A DNA stretch of 64,000 nt, taken from sequence record OQ383623.1. One strand, given 5' to 3'. The position numbers and the translations under genes are program-made. The notes beneath the pieces were generated by a model. It was not told where the DNA came from. It did no database searches and worked only from the letters and a program-made list of their open reading frames with translations. Positions 18,370 to 28,300 of this stretch are shown here, one piece after another. Numbering within the stretch: the stretch's first letter is position 1; each line of letters starts with the position of its first letter.

Positions 18370-18957
18370 TTACAATGTGAAGGTTGTGTTAAGAATACGA
18401 AAACCCAATGCTCGCTTAGCGATTTGCATATTTGCAGGCGTGAAGTCCACCAGTTTGATTTGAACGATCGATAAATCGTAAAGCTTGTGAAGCACTTCGA
18501 TTTTGTGTCGCCAATCTGTTTTTTGGTGTAGCTCTATCGTCGTCGGTAACTCACCCAGTCTCGGCAACTGCGCCCCAAGTAAACGATGATGGACTTTACC
18601 GTTTATAGTTGGGGTGCCTTCCGTGACCATCAGTCGCGCATCGATGTAGTTATTTCGCTTAGCGTACTCCATAAAAGTTTTGACATTTATCTTTTCCTCG
18701 TATAGAATGCTGCGAAAGTATTCGTAAATGATGTGTCCTGCCTCCCTACCGCTTTCCGAGTCTGGAATAACCTTATCGATGAAAATCGCAGAGACCACTT
18801 CGCTCCCACGCGAATGCATTGTAATGACCCTATCCCCGTGCTCTGCGGCAGTTAATAATCCACTCACATCAAGCCCCACCGGAAACAAGCCACGACTACG
18901 CATTACGTGCAGGTCTTCTAACTTGTTCTCTTGCAGTCGTAAAATACGTTCTGTCAT
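18370..18957 (-). CDS. hypothetical protein
   Basis: RBS GAGGTG; about 195 aa. Confidence 0.65.
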   Translation of the reverse strand: MTERILRLQENKLEDLHVMRSRGLFPVGLDVSGLLTAAEHGDRVITMHSRGSEVVSAIFIDKVIPDSESGREAGHIIYEYFRSILYEEKINVKTFMEYAKRNNYIDARLMVTEGTPTINGKVHHRLLGAQLPRLGELPTTIELHQKTDWRHKIEVLHKLYDLSIVQIKLVDFTPANMQIAKRALGFRILNTTFTL

Positions 18958-18989
18958 ATACCACACCTCAAATTAATTTGAGTTAAGTG

Positions 18990-19031
18990 TAAAAAATAAG
19001 AGGACTCCAGTAACCACGAGGGTTACTGGAG
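18990..19031 (-). terminator. intrinsic terminator
   Basis: 11-bp stem CTCCAGTAACC/GGTTACTGGAG followed by a T-rich tract. Confidence 0.75.
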
Positions 19032-19036
19032 ATAAA

Positions 19037-19564
19037 CTACACACTCAACGTTTCAATGAATTTGATGCGCGCTGGGTGAAATGTGTGATAAACAGTTACC
19101 GGCGCGTGCGGGCCTTCGGCTGCGTGTATTGCGCCATCGTATCCGCTCAGCAACAGATGGTCATATATCGCACTACAGTTATACGCCACCGATGCCCATA
19201 GTGGTAACTTGTCAAACTCTTTAGGGTGTTGGTGGTAAACCTCCATCAAACCCTTTTCAGGATGACGCTCTTGGATACGCTCCCACTCATTTGTTTCAAT
19301 GAGCAAGTTCCCTTTCTTCTGTGCAACTGTCTGGTATTGATGCGGGGAAAGAATCTCGCGGAAATTACCGATATCGACGAACGGGTCAGTAGGATCGTTG
19401 ATAAATGGATTGGTGATTTCCAAAGAAACGTGGTTGATTAGCCAGCTGGGATTCGTTTTAACAATTTCAGCAGGGACATCGATGTCTTTATAGACAACTT
19501 GAGAACGTGAAAGGTTAGCCTCAACAAACGGCTTATCAGTAACAATATAACCTTCGAGTTTCAT
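19037..19564 (-). CDS. possible ADP-ribosyltransferase-like (ART-PolyVal-like) protein
   Basis: VSLEITNPF and LSGYDGAIH...VYHTFHPARIK resemble the yL.i.NP and GYDG..i....yvvF.p.QIK motifs; the N-terminal YHG motif is not evident. Confidence 0.4.
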   Translation of the reverse strand: MKLEGYIVTDKPFVEANLSRSQVVYKDIDVPAEIVKTNPSWLINHVSLEITNPFINDPTDPFVDIGNFREILSPHQYQTVAQKKGNLLIETNEWERIQERHPEKGLMEVYHQHPKEFDKLPLWASVAYNCSAIYDHLLLSGYDGAIHAAEGPHAPVTVYHTFHPARIKFIETLSV

Positions 19565-20127
19565 TATAAGGCTCCTTTAAAGTGATATGTTAAGCTTTCT
19601 ACGAGATGGCAGGTTTGGCTTTCAAAGAAGTGTAAAATGGGTTCAATGGGCACACCGCCGAGATTATAGACGATTACGTCCTGCTTTAATCCGGCCTCGA
19701 CTTCGCTAAGAAACGATTCGGTTGCGAGTTCACCCTCTGACGAGGAAAGGGTAATCGTTGTTTCCCCATCGTCGCTACTACCAGAGACATCCTGTAAACG
19801 CAAAACGGTCGGTACAGTTTTACTGATACGAATATCTGGCGGGAGTGTAACTTCCAGTAGCGGTGTACGGACTTTACGCGCAAGATAGTTGGTGAATAGA
19901 TTGGGATCAAGCTCACTGACGCCACAGCAAATGCAGTTCAGTAAGGTCGACAAGCTTGTCGTTTTGCGTTCAAATACCCCCTTGATCTGTTTGGCTTTAT
20001 CGCTATAAAGGAACACCAACAGCTGGTCGGGGTTATCCGGTAAATCACTTTCAACCCCTTCCCACTCCGGATCGTTGCGGATGTGCTCTTGCCAGATATC
20101 GTTTCGAATTTCTAGTAAACGGGACAT
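19564..20127 (-). CDS. hypothetical protein
   Basis: Coupled to neighbours; RBS AAGGTG. Confidence 0.65.
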   Translation of the reverse strand: MSRLLEIRNDIWQEHIRNDPEWEGVESDLPDNPDQLLVFLYSDKAKQIKGVFERKTTSLSTLLNCICCGVSELDPNLFTNYLARKVRTPLLEVTLPPDIRISKTVPTVLRLQDVSGSSDDGETTITLSSSEGELATESFLSEVEAGLKQDVIVYNLGGVPIEPILHFFESQTCHLVESLTYHFKGAL

Positions 20128-20136
20128 ACACACACC

Positions 20137-20718
20137 TTACGCAATGTAAATACCACGATGGTTACGGAAACCGTGTTCTTCGGTAAGGTAACGCGCATAG
20201 GTGTGCTCAACGGATGGGGTGTAGCAAACCAGATGCAATTCCTGACCTTCAGCTAGCCCCGGTAACATGACGTTTAGCCAATCCATCCCGCCGTTCTGCT
20301 GTAACGTATCTTGCGACAGCGTTAGTGGCTGAACAATATGCGCTGGGTTACTGTCGTCTTCGCTTTTCGTAAAACGAAGAATAGCCGGACGGGAACCATC
20401 TACTAGTACCGTGCGTGGTAAGTCAAAAGCAACCACCTTCGCTTTCTGTTCGTAGGATGATTTATAACGACGTAACAGTCCAATATCGGTATCTAGTACG
20501 GTAGCCATCACGTTATACAGCATCACTAGACGGGCGTCGTTATCGGTGGTGACGTGTTTTACGAACACCATCATCGGAACACCTTCGCGTTGGAATACCA
20601 CGAAGTCTGCTTCTTTGTATTTCTCGCAACCTTCTACTACCCGTGGGGCTTTCACGCGATAGCGGCGGGTCAGTTCTTCGTAGTTCATTTCATGTTGTTC
20701 AATAATTGGTTGTGGCAT
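20137..20718 (-). CDS. hypothetical protein
   Basis: 193-aa ORF with RBS. Confidence 0.65.
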   Translation of the reverse strand: MPQPIIEQHEMNYEELTRRYRVKAPRVVEGCEKYKEADFVVFQREGVPMMVFVKHVTTDNDARLVMLYNVMATVLDTDIGLLRRYKSSYEQKAKVVAFDLPRTVLVDGSRPAILRFTKSEDDSNPAHIVQPLTLSQDTLQQNGGMDWLNVMLPGLAEGQELHLVCYTPSVEHTYARYLTEEHGFRNHRGIYIA

Positions 20719-20739
20719 GGTTAAATACTCTTTACGGTT

Positions 20740-20768
20740 AAAAAATAAGAAGGGGGTACAAGACCCCC
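20740..20768 (-). terminator. intrinsic terminator
   Basis: GGGGGT/ACCCCC stem plus T-tract on the minus strand after the stop at 20779. Confidence 0.6.
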
Positions 20769-20778
20769 GATGACGAGA

Positions 20779-22017
20779 TTACAGTAAACGCAAATCTGCG
20801 ACAAACAACAGTTGACGGCCGTACTTAGTCACTTCTTTCCAGCCATTGATAACACCCCATTTGATGATAGCGTCGTAATGCCACTGTTTCAGTTCGCTGG
20901 TACCCCACGCATCCCGTACCGCCTTCGCCGACATCAAATAAGCAGGTTCGGCAACGGAGCGCATTTCAGAATCTGGCAGGCGAGAAACAACGGAACTGTT
21001 CACACGCTGCAGCGTTCCTGACACCTGTATCCAGAACGCAGGCGATATTGTATTTGTCGGTCGACAGTCAAATACCCAGGCCGTGTCATTTTCACTGGCC
21101 GGGGTCTTACGCTTATAGATGCTTAACAGTATTTCCGATTGGATAACTTCGCGGAAAACGTTAAGAAGGGTGACGACCTTCTCATTAACCACATCGCCTT
21201 TTTCGACCTTATAGTAATCTTTAAGGTTTCCGGGCTCTGCTATCGGCATTACTGACCAAACATCGGCGTCTAACATCTCACCGAAATAATGGTTAGCGTT
21301 TTCATCAGATGTCCAGAACATCGTATTGCCATCATTGGCTATGGTGACTAGATCACGCAGTGCTTCTTTGGTGTCTTCGTCAATTTCCACAGGTTTGGCT
21401 GCTTCACGCGGTGCGTTTTTCGTGTAGAATCTGCGCTTGCTTACCGCTCTATTCCATACGGTAGTAATTTGGTACGCAGTGAATTCGGGGAACTGCTGCA
21501 CCAACACTTCCGCATCAACATCGAGTCGCTCTGAATTAAAGTTTTGTAATTTCTCATTAAACCCTGTATTCAGCTCTCCGCCAGTCCACCAGTTGCTATC
21601 GCTTAGTGCCGGCATGTCAGGTGTTAACTCGAACACCGGTTTACCGGTCAGCAGAGTAAGAATGTAGTGCACCCACATTGTGTTACCCTCAGCAATGGCG
21701 CGTCCGATGTTTTGATTACCCGATAGGTAAGCTACCCGCGAATCCCCTTCGAATGTCATGGTTAACTCAACCCACGGCGCTAAGTCAGAGACGTGGTGGC
21801 CTAAACGGCACTTTACTTCCCCTTTGTCAAGCAGCCGCTTTTCGACAACGGTTGAGAGCTTTTGTGGCAGGTACGCACAATCCTGCCACGTTACGTCGCT
21901 GTAAGCCATACTCCGAATACTGAACTGCATTCCCAACAGTACAATTGAGTTAGTAATTACTGCATTAAAGAATGCTTCTTTCGGTGTCTGGTAAACTAAT
22001 TCGTATTCGTTATACAT
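20779..22017 (-). CDS. hypothetical protein
   Basis: 412-aa ORF, RBS AAGGA; no motif recognised. Confidence 0.7.
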   Translation of the reverse strand: MYNEYELVYQTPKEAFFNAVITNSIVLLGMQFSIRSMAYSDVTWQDCAYLPQKLSTVVEKRLLDKGEVKCRLGHHVSDLAPWVELTMTFEGDSRVAYLSGNQNIGRAIAEGNTMWVHYILTLLTGKPVFELTPDMPALSDSNWWTGGELNTGFNEKLQNFNSERLDVDAEVLVQQFPEFTAYQITTVWNRAVSKRRFYTKNAPREAAKPVEIDEDTKEALRDLVTIANDGNTMFWTSDENANHYFGEMLDADVWSVMPIAEPGNLKDYYKVEKGDVVNEKVVTLLNVFREVIQSEILLSIYKRKTPASENDTAWVFDCRPTNTISPAFWIQVSGTLQRVNSSVVSRLPDSEMRSVAEPAYLMSAKAVRDAWGTSELKQWHYDAIIKWGVINGWKEVTKYGRQLLFVADLRLL

Positions 22018-22107
22018 TTGGTATTTCCTTTAAAGTACACTAAAGTGACCAAAAACTGTTACTAAAGAACAGTTGGTGTTTAAGCGACTGTGGGTTTATA
22101 CACAATG

Positions 22108-22130
22108 CTCACTAAGATGACATCTATCTG
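22108..22130 (-). promoter_or_regulatory. conserved promoter-like motif CAGATAGATGTCATCTTAGTGAG
   Basis: Intergenic copy with the same 23-nt spacing as the 18340 copy. Confidence 0.5.
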
Positions 22131-22137
22131 TAAAAAC

Positions 22138-22455
22138 TTAGTATACGACCAGCACGACGCAGTCATCGATAGCCAGATTCAGTAATGCGTAGTCGTTACT
22201 TAACCGCTGGTAACGCATCCCTTTTTCAAACTGACTTAATTGTTCAGTCGGCATGGCGTATACCGCGCTTTGCACTACCCCCGTAAACAGTTCGTCGTAG
22301 AACTGGTCTACTTCCCCGACTTTGTAAAAGCGCATTCTTTGATTGTTAGCAAAGACGCTGTCTAGCTTCCCGTTACTGGCTTTCTGTAACGCAGTAAAGG
22401 CACTGTCTGCATCATTACGCTCTAATGCACTTTTAATGGTTTGAAATAAAGACAT
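22138..22455 (-). CDS. hypothetical protein
   Basis: RBS GAGGAG; 105 aa. Confidence 0.65.
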   Translation of the reverse strand: MSLFQTIKSALERNDADSAFTALQKASNGKLDSVFANNQRMRFYKVGEVDQFYDELFTGVVQSAVYAMPTEQLSQFEKGMRYQRLSNDYALLNLAIDDCVVLVVY

Positions 22456-22641
22456 GGTACTGCACTCCTCGTTAGGTTAAAAGTCAAGGTCAACTACAAA
22501 AACAAAAAGGATGTCGGTATCCTACGGATACCTCCGTTTATGTTCGCATCCAATACATAAACCCCCTTACCCCCGTACTCTCCTCGATTGTCAAACGATG
22601 AGATCGAAACGTAAAAAAGTGTAGTATGAGAGGAGGGTGGT

Positions 22642-23574
22642 ATGAATAAATCTAAGTCAGGGTTGCACATCTTCTCGATAGGTATCGTCGCGGAAGATAA
22701 ACCTCGTGGTGCCACTCGAGTTAAAGTCATCCCTATCGAAGTTAACTTTATTAATCCTACAGCTGTCGATGCAACAGAGACACCTGTAGAGAAGCAACAC
22801 AACAGTTTAAGTGGTACTGACAACCTTACTGTAAAGCAAGGTAATGCCATCACTGCAAAATGGATGAAGTCCAACAGCAACCGGGTTAACCCTCCGGATG
22901 TGAAAAAAGAAGACTACGTAAGAATCTGGCGTATCGGTGAAACCGATATGTACTTCTGGGAAGATTTAAACAACAGTAACGTTAAGCGACTGGAAGATGG
23001 GGTATACGCCTGGTCTGCTGACCCAGTAAACCAGATGGCCGATGACCTCTCTAACGCCTACGTACTGAATATCTCCCCGATGGATGGTCACGTTACTTTA
23101 CGCACCAGTATGACTAACGGTGAGAAAAATGCGTATCTATTTCAATTGAACACGCGCGATGGGTTTTTCCAGTTAGTAGATGACGAAGGGCGTAAGTTCT
23201 ACCTTAACTCCCCAGAGGATGACTTAGGGTTTGAAAACGCCTGCCGATCGAAGGTTAATATCAATAAAGAGGACGCTTTCATTTATGCTAAACGTTCTAT
23301 TAATCTCGAGACAAAAACGATTAACGAGAAGTGCGAAACTCGCAACTCTACAGCGTCGAAAAACATGGCATGGACGACTGAAGACTGGAAGACCGATTGT
23401 CCAACGAATCTATTTACCGGCAACCTGGAAGTAGGCAAGGACTTCCTCTATAAGGGCAAGGGTGAAGGTAAGGGTACGTTCACGGTTAGTGAATCGATTA
23501 TCGGTGGTATCACCTTTAGTCTTCACTTGCATACTGGCCATGGTCCGGGCAACGACACTAGCACACCGCACTAA
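22642..23574 (+). CDS. baseplate central spike (gpV/Gp138-like)
   Basis: OB-fold-like start (SIGIVAEDKP...RVKV), beta-rich body and terminal HxH apex motif LHLHTGHGPGNDTSTP. Confidence 0.7.
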   Translation: MNKSKSGLHIFSIGIVAEDKPRGATRVKVIPIEVNFINPTAVDATETPVEKQHNSLSGTDNLTVKQGNAITAKWMKSNSNRVNPPDVKKEDYVRIWRIGETDMYFWEDLNNSNVKRLEDGVYAWSADPVNQMADDLSNAYVLNISPMDGHVTLRTSMTNGEKNAYLFQLNTRDGFFQLVDDEGRKFYLNSPEDDLGFENACRSKVNINKEDAFIYAKRSINLETKTINEKCETRNSTASKNMAWTTEDWKTDCPTNLFTGNLEVGKDFLYKGKGEGKGTFTVSESIIGGITFSLHLHTGHGPGNDTSTPH

Positions 23575-23782
23575 TTTAATTACGTGTGAGGTGTATATTG
23601 TGACAATAAACCTCCTAACTGTAACGATAACCCAAATCGCTTGTACACGGTTAGCCACTTTTTTCGCACAAAAGCCGGTTTATTGTCAACTAATTTACGA
23701 GACGGGGCAGTTAATATGCCTCGAAGTACAAGTAGTTGAACATAGGGTTCTTCTGCTATCATTTGTTAATGGAGATAAGTAA

Positions 23783-23992
23783 ATGAGCATTCGTGAAATC
23801 ACCGCAGGCAGCGACGTTTCTGGTCTGGTAGAAGCAGGCACTGTTCAGGTTTCTGGACTGAGCACCGTTACCGAAGTTACCGAAGCGCTGGCTAAAAAAG
23901 CTGAAGCTGAAGGCGGCGTAGCATTCAAAGTTACCGCTTGTGGCGGCAACAACAAAATGTTCGGCAACGCCATCTATTACGTAAACGCGTAA
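23783..23992 (+). CDS. DUF1471 (BhsA/McbA/YdgH-like) domain protein without signal peptide
   Basis: AGTVQVSG.ST..EV..ALAKKAEAEGG.AFKVT...GNN.M.GNAIYY fits the DUF1471 consensus; RBS GGAG. Confidence 0.7.
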   Translation: MSIREITAGSDVSGLVEAGTVQVSGLSTVTEVTEALAKKAEAEGGVAFKVTACGGNNKMFGNAIYYVNA

Positions 23993-24005
23993 TCGGCCTG
24001 CAGGC

Positions 24006-24062
24006 AAAAAAGATATAGGTACCCTACTCCCAATGGGAGTAGGGTTTACCTTTTATTTTTTT
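24006..24062. terminator. bidirectional intrinsic terminator
   Basis: ACCCTACTCCC-AAT-GGGAGTAGGGT with A- and T-tracts between convergent genes. Confidence 0.85.
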
Positions 24063-25315
24063 CTTGCTTTGTAGCGATGCATTTCAACAAACGGCTTACC
24101 CCAAGCCCCGAAAGGCCCGACGATTGCCTGCGCGTCGTTTACCAAATTCTGGTTATACCAACGCGCGTTCCCCAACAAAAAGTTTTCCCGGTCGAAGAAT
24201 GTGGTATTGAAGACCCACTCCCCTTCTTCCCAGGTCGGCCAGTACCCTACACATTTACCAATACGGTTAAAGATAGGACCTAGCGTCTTCTTCCCATCTG
24301 GGTCAGTCGGGTCTTTTAAATAGAACCGGCCCCAGATAGCGTTGTGGCTTATTCCGTGAATCTCTTTTTCGAGATACGGGTTGTCTATCGTAAAGATAAA
24401 CGAGGATTCGTGCGTCAGCAACGCTTTTAACGTTTCTGAGTTACGAATACGTTGAACGGACGTAGGCGTACTTAAATCACCTACACCGATGGCGTCCCAA
24501 TCGTAATAGCGACGGGTTTCCAATACAATCTTCGCCACGCTAAGGTTTGGCAGACTCAGCATAATCGCACGGTCGCTGAAATAGCCCTGCGGTGGCAACC
24601 AATGCAGAATACCCCCGATGACGAACCCAACGGTTTTCCCTGTAATGGAATCGGGTAAGGTCAACATTAACGAAGAATAGTAATCTCGCGTAGTATCGAG
24701 TTTGTTCATCGTTAAACCGGATATGGGGTAAGTCTTCACTTTACCAATATTCGCCATCACTAGACAGCCGATGTCGGGTGTGTTGGCTCTCCGCACGATG
24801 TTACCAGCGCCGGTTAAGCGAACACCCACTGGGTCAGATTGGTGCGGTACCCATTGACCGTTGATGTTGTACAGTACCCCAGTACGGTATTTCTCTTTCC
24901 ACTCATCGTCGCAGACTACAACAACGTCGTGTGCATCATCAGGATTGAAGTCCTGAGTGTAGTGGTACCCAGGAGGGCACAGGTGCGTTTCTACGGGCAC
25001 ATCTGCATTAATAGACTGGTAGTGCGCCTCAACGAATTCGAGCTTCGGTAAGCCCTTCCCAAGCGTTGGAATCGCGATTCCTGACTTGGTGTTTAACCAA
25101 TCTTGCAACGTGTCCGTACGGTTTTGTAAATCAGCCAGGTGATACTGGCTATAGAAGGTGTATTCAGCACCTAGTGCTTCTAGTCCTACTTCGAAAAAGT
25201 GGTAGTTAGCACAAAGGGTATTTAAGGGCTGCGTGACATCGATGGTTCCCCAAGTTCGGGTGTCTCGAGAGAAGCCAAAAGCGCTGTCGGCCCGCACTTG
25301 ATAAGCAGTAGTCAC
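24053..25315 (-). CDS. putative virion structural protein
   Basis: 420-aa ORF divergent from the fibre cluster; family resemblance recalled from jumbo phages, not verified. Confidence 0.5.
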   Translation of the reverse strand: MTTAYQVRADSAFGFSRDTRTWGTIDVTQPLNTLCANYHFFEVGLEALGAEYTFYSQYHLADLQNRTDTLQDWLNTKSGIAIPTLGKGLPKLEFVEAHYQSINADVPVETHLCPPGYHYTQDFNPDDAHDVVVVCDDEWKEKYRTGVLYNINGQWVPHQSDPVGVRLTGAGNIVRRANTPDIGCLVMANIGKVKTYPISGLTMNKLDTTRDYYSSLMLTLPDSITGKTVGFVIGGILHWLPPQGYFSDRAIMLSLPNLSVAKIVLETRRYYDWDAIGVGDLSTPTSVQRIRNSETLKALLTHESSFIFTIDNPYLEKEIHGISHNAIWGRFYLKDPTDPDGKKTLGPIFNRIGKCVGYWPTWEEGEWVFNTTFFDRENFLLGNARWYNQNLVNDAQAIVGPFGAWGKPFVEMHRYKARKK

Positions 25316-25382
25316 TGGCTGTTTCCTCTAAGGATTCGGGTCATAGTATGAACTCGACGCCCTCAGAGAAAAGGAGTGTAAA

Positions 25383-28300
25383 ATGGCTGTCGTCCCTGAC
25401 CCGCACTATCAAGAACCGGGGAATATGCAGACCGGTGAAGCGGTAACGCCGATCGGTACTAAGTACCGGATGCTGTTCCCCGCACACGCCCCCTTTTATA
25501 CCACATCCCTGGTGGTCAAGAGTGGCGGCAAGAAATTAACATTAGGTGATGATTACGTCATCACCCATGCGTACGTTACGGGCATGGCACGCACTGGCCA
25601 TGTTTGTCACGGCGGCGTGTGGATTACCAACCCGAAATATCAGAGTGGCTTTACACTCGATTACCACGCAATTGGCATCGGTGAAGCCACTGCAGAAATG
25701 ATCGCCGCAGAACGAGAAGCGAATAAAGATCGCTATCCCGTAGACTGCCAATGGGATAACGTCATTGGGGACTTATATTTCCCACCGGTCGATATTAAGT
25801 TCGACTGGGAAAACTGGCGTGGCGAATCCGAGTTGATGGAAGCCATTGTTGCGGTTGGTGCTAAGCTCGGTGAAGCGATCAGTCGCGTTGACCCGATTGC
25901 TCGTAACACGTTAGACCTTCAATATCGCGCCGGTGTCACGCTTATCACATCCGAGCAGTATGCGACGTACGACGGTACTGGCGGCTACACGTATAACGCG
26001 TCGCGTCGTCGTTATTCGTTATCTTACCAGAACACGACGTTCGGTGCGTATTCGTTAGCGGCAAAATACCGTTTACCGAGCATTCCACCGGAAACAACGT
26101 TGAATCCAGGCGAGTTGATCGATTGGATGCTCTGTTACGCAAACGGTGGGGCAAGTATCCTGCGTCTTCAGTTGAAGCAACGCGCGATTTATCTTACCTT
26201 AACGACAGCGATTGGTTCCGGTTCGTCTAATTACAGCTATACGTTGACGACTGGCCTGACCGATACCGAGTTGGCGGGTGAGGTTGAGTTTAGCGTGGTC
26301 AGACGCGAAGGTAACGGCATTTACGACATCACCGTTAAAACAAGCAAGCAAACCGTTAACTACAGCTTTAACGTTGACAACCCGCCGAGCGAATTTGCAC
26401 CAGGGTATCAGAAAACTGATGTCGCTAAATGGTTGAAGTTTAAATCGGGCGTCAACCTAAACTGGTGGGCGGGTGAGAACGATTACGTCCAGATTCGTTC
26501 ATTACCAGGCGCACCGTCACCTGACGTTAACAATGACGTGTACCAGCTGCTGGTAAAATATCACCAGATTGTCGATAAACTGTACCGTGATGCACCGGCA
26601 CACACACACGTGCCGCGCAAGGATAACCCGCATCGCGATTCGTGGGGCGCAATCCGTGCTTTGGAGAATAACGGTATTGCTTCGGACGCGACACTGGTAT
26701 ACGGAAAAACGCAACCGCAGCTGACAGATTACGTTAACAATCTGTTGCCGAAACTGTCAGCGCTGGCGAATAAGCTTTTACGTTTACCGACGGCTGCACA
26801 GTCTATCAACGGCACGTTCGGCATGAAGCCTGGCCTGACTTCAATAACGTCGGCAGTGGGTACCGATGAGTCTGAAGGCGTGGGTGCACAATTTACGGTT
26901 GACCCGAGGGTTATCCGTTTTATTGGACGCGATTCGCAAACCGTTAACGCCGGGAACAATCCGATTACATGGCAAGGTGGGGCTAACCAACTCATCCTTT
27001 ATCCGGATTCCCGTGGATTGGAGTTCAACGGTAAGAAACTGTTGGACCCTACTACGGTCGGGCCGTACCTGCCGGGTAACGAGTCGGGTGGTGATGGACT
27101 GTTTTACGGAACATCCACAGCTACTGTAACCATTAACGGTAACGGTATTCAGTCTGTTCCGTTCATTTGTACTTTTGTTCCACCGGAGTCCGATGACCTT
27201 GGCCTGATGGCTGTCCGTTTGTTGGCTACTGAATTCGGTGATCGTGAGGACTTGGCCGCAACGCCGGCACTCATCAAGAAATTGGATCAGCAGTTTACGG
27301 GCAAGTTGGTTGCCGTTAAATCGTACATCAACGACATGCCACTGACGAGTTCTATTTACATCGATAAAACTAACTTCGGCTTATCGAACGTACAGAACAT
27401 CCCAGATGTGCAATTGCCGATTTCCCCGCTCCAACGAGCTGAGCTGGACAAGTATGCAGTCGTCGGTCACACACACACTCCTGCTGCGCTCGGGATTAAG
27501 CGTGCAACAACGACGGAGTTCGGTTTAGTACAGTTCGGCACTGCGGTTGACGATGCCACGCTGGCATTAGACGGCGCTGAGGTTATCCGGCAGGCTGACG
27601 CTATCACAGAGATAGAGAAGGTTGCGAAGACAGTCGACTCTGGTGCTTCAATCAACATTATTCGTTACGGTTTACCCGGCACAGATATCATTGAAAACGG
27701 CATCACTTACACCGACTGGATGGTTACTATTAAAGCGAACGATTATTTCGTTGGTCGCGAGTACAAAGTACCTCTCTCCACATTTAACTTGGCGGAGCTA
27801 TTCCCAGCGACGCACGAAGATGCTGAGTTTGGCGTGTATGTTGACGCGGCGGGCGATGCTGGCAAGTACATTATCTACGAAAATCCAAACACGGCAGAAA
27901 CTGAGACGATGACCAAAATAGGTTCCATCATCACCAGTGAAACCGGTGTGGTTTTTGTAGAAATCCGCAACGTGACGCGTTTAGGTGAGTTTCGTGAATT
28001 AGGCGAGCATATCGAGGATGATAACGCCCATATTCGACGGGGCATGACGCAAGCTGAATTCGGATTTACTTACGGTACAGGCGGGCCTGTGTGGTCCACG
28101 GGTGCACCGGGTACAAAACGTATAGATGCCGATTGGCGTTACGCGCAGGCTAGCAGCTATACGCCGATGTTGAAAGCGGACTACGATCCGGCTGCTGACA
28201 AATGGACGTTTAAAACAACCAGTTTATCTGTAGCCGATTATCGTTTTGTCCACAACACGTTCCCGATGTTCCAGAATAACGGCATTACCGCAACGTGGAC

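Noticed and set aside
18967-18982. Perfect 16-bp palindrome CTCAAATTAATTTGAG upstream of the 18957 gene
   Set aside because: Single AT-rich occurrence with no second copy found; cannot be supported as an operator.
22494-22880. 128-aa minus-strand ORF
   Set aside because: Antisense shadow of the spike gene and its leader.
23462-23782. 106-aa plus-strand ORF overlapping the spike end
   Set aside because: Overlaps the spike gene in another frame, with no recognisable features; a short GTG-started version cannot be excluded.
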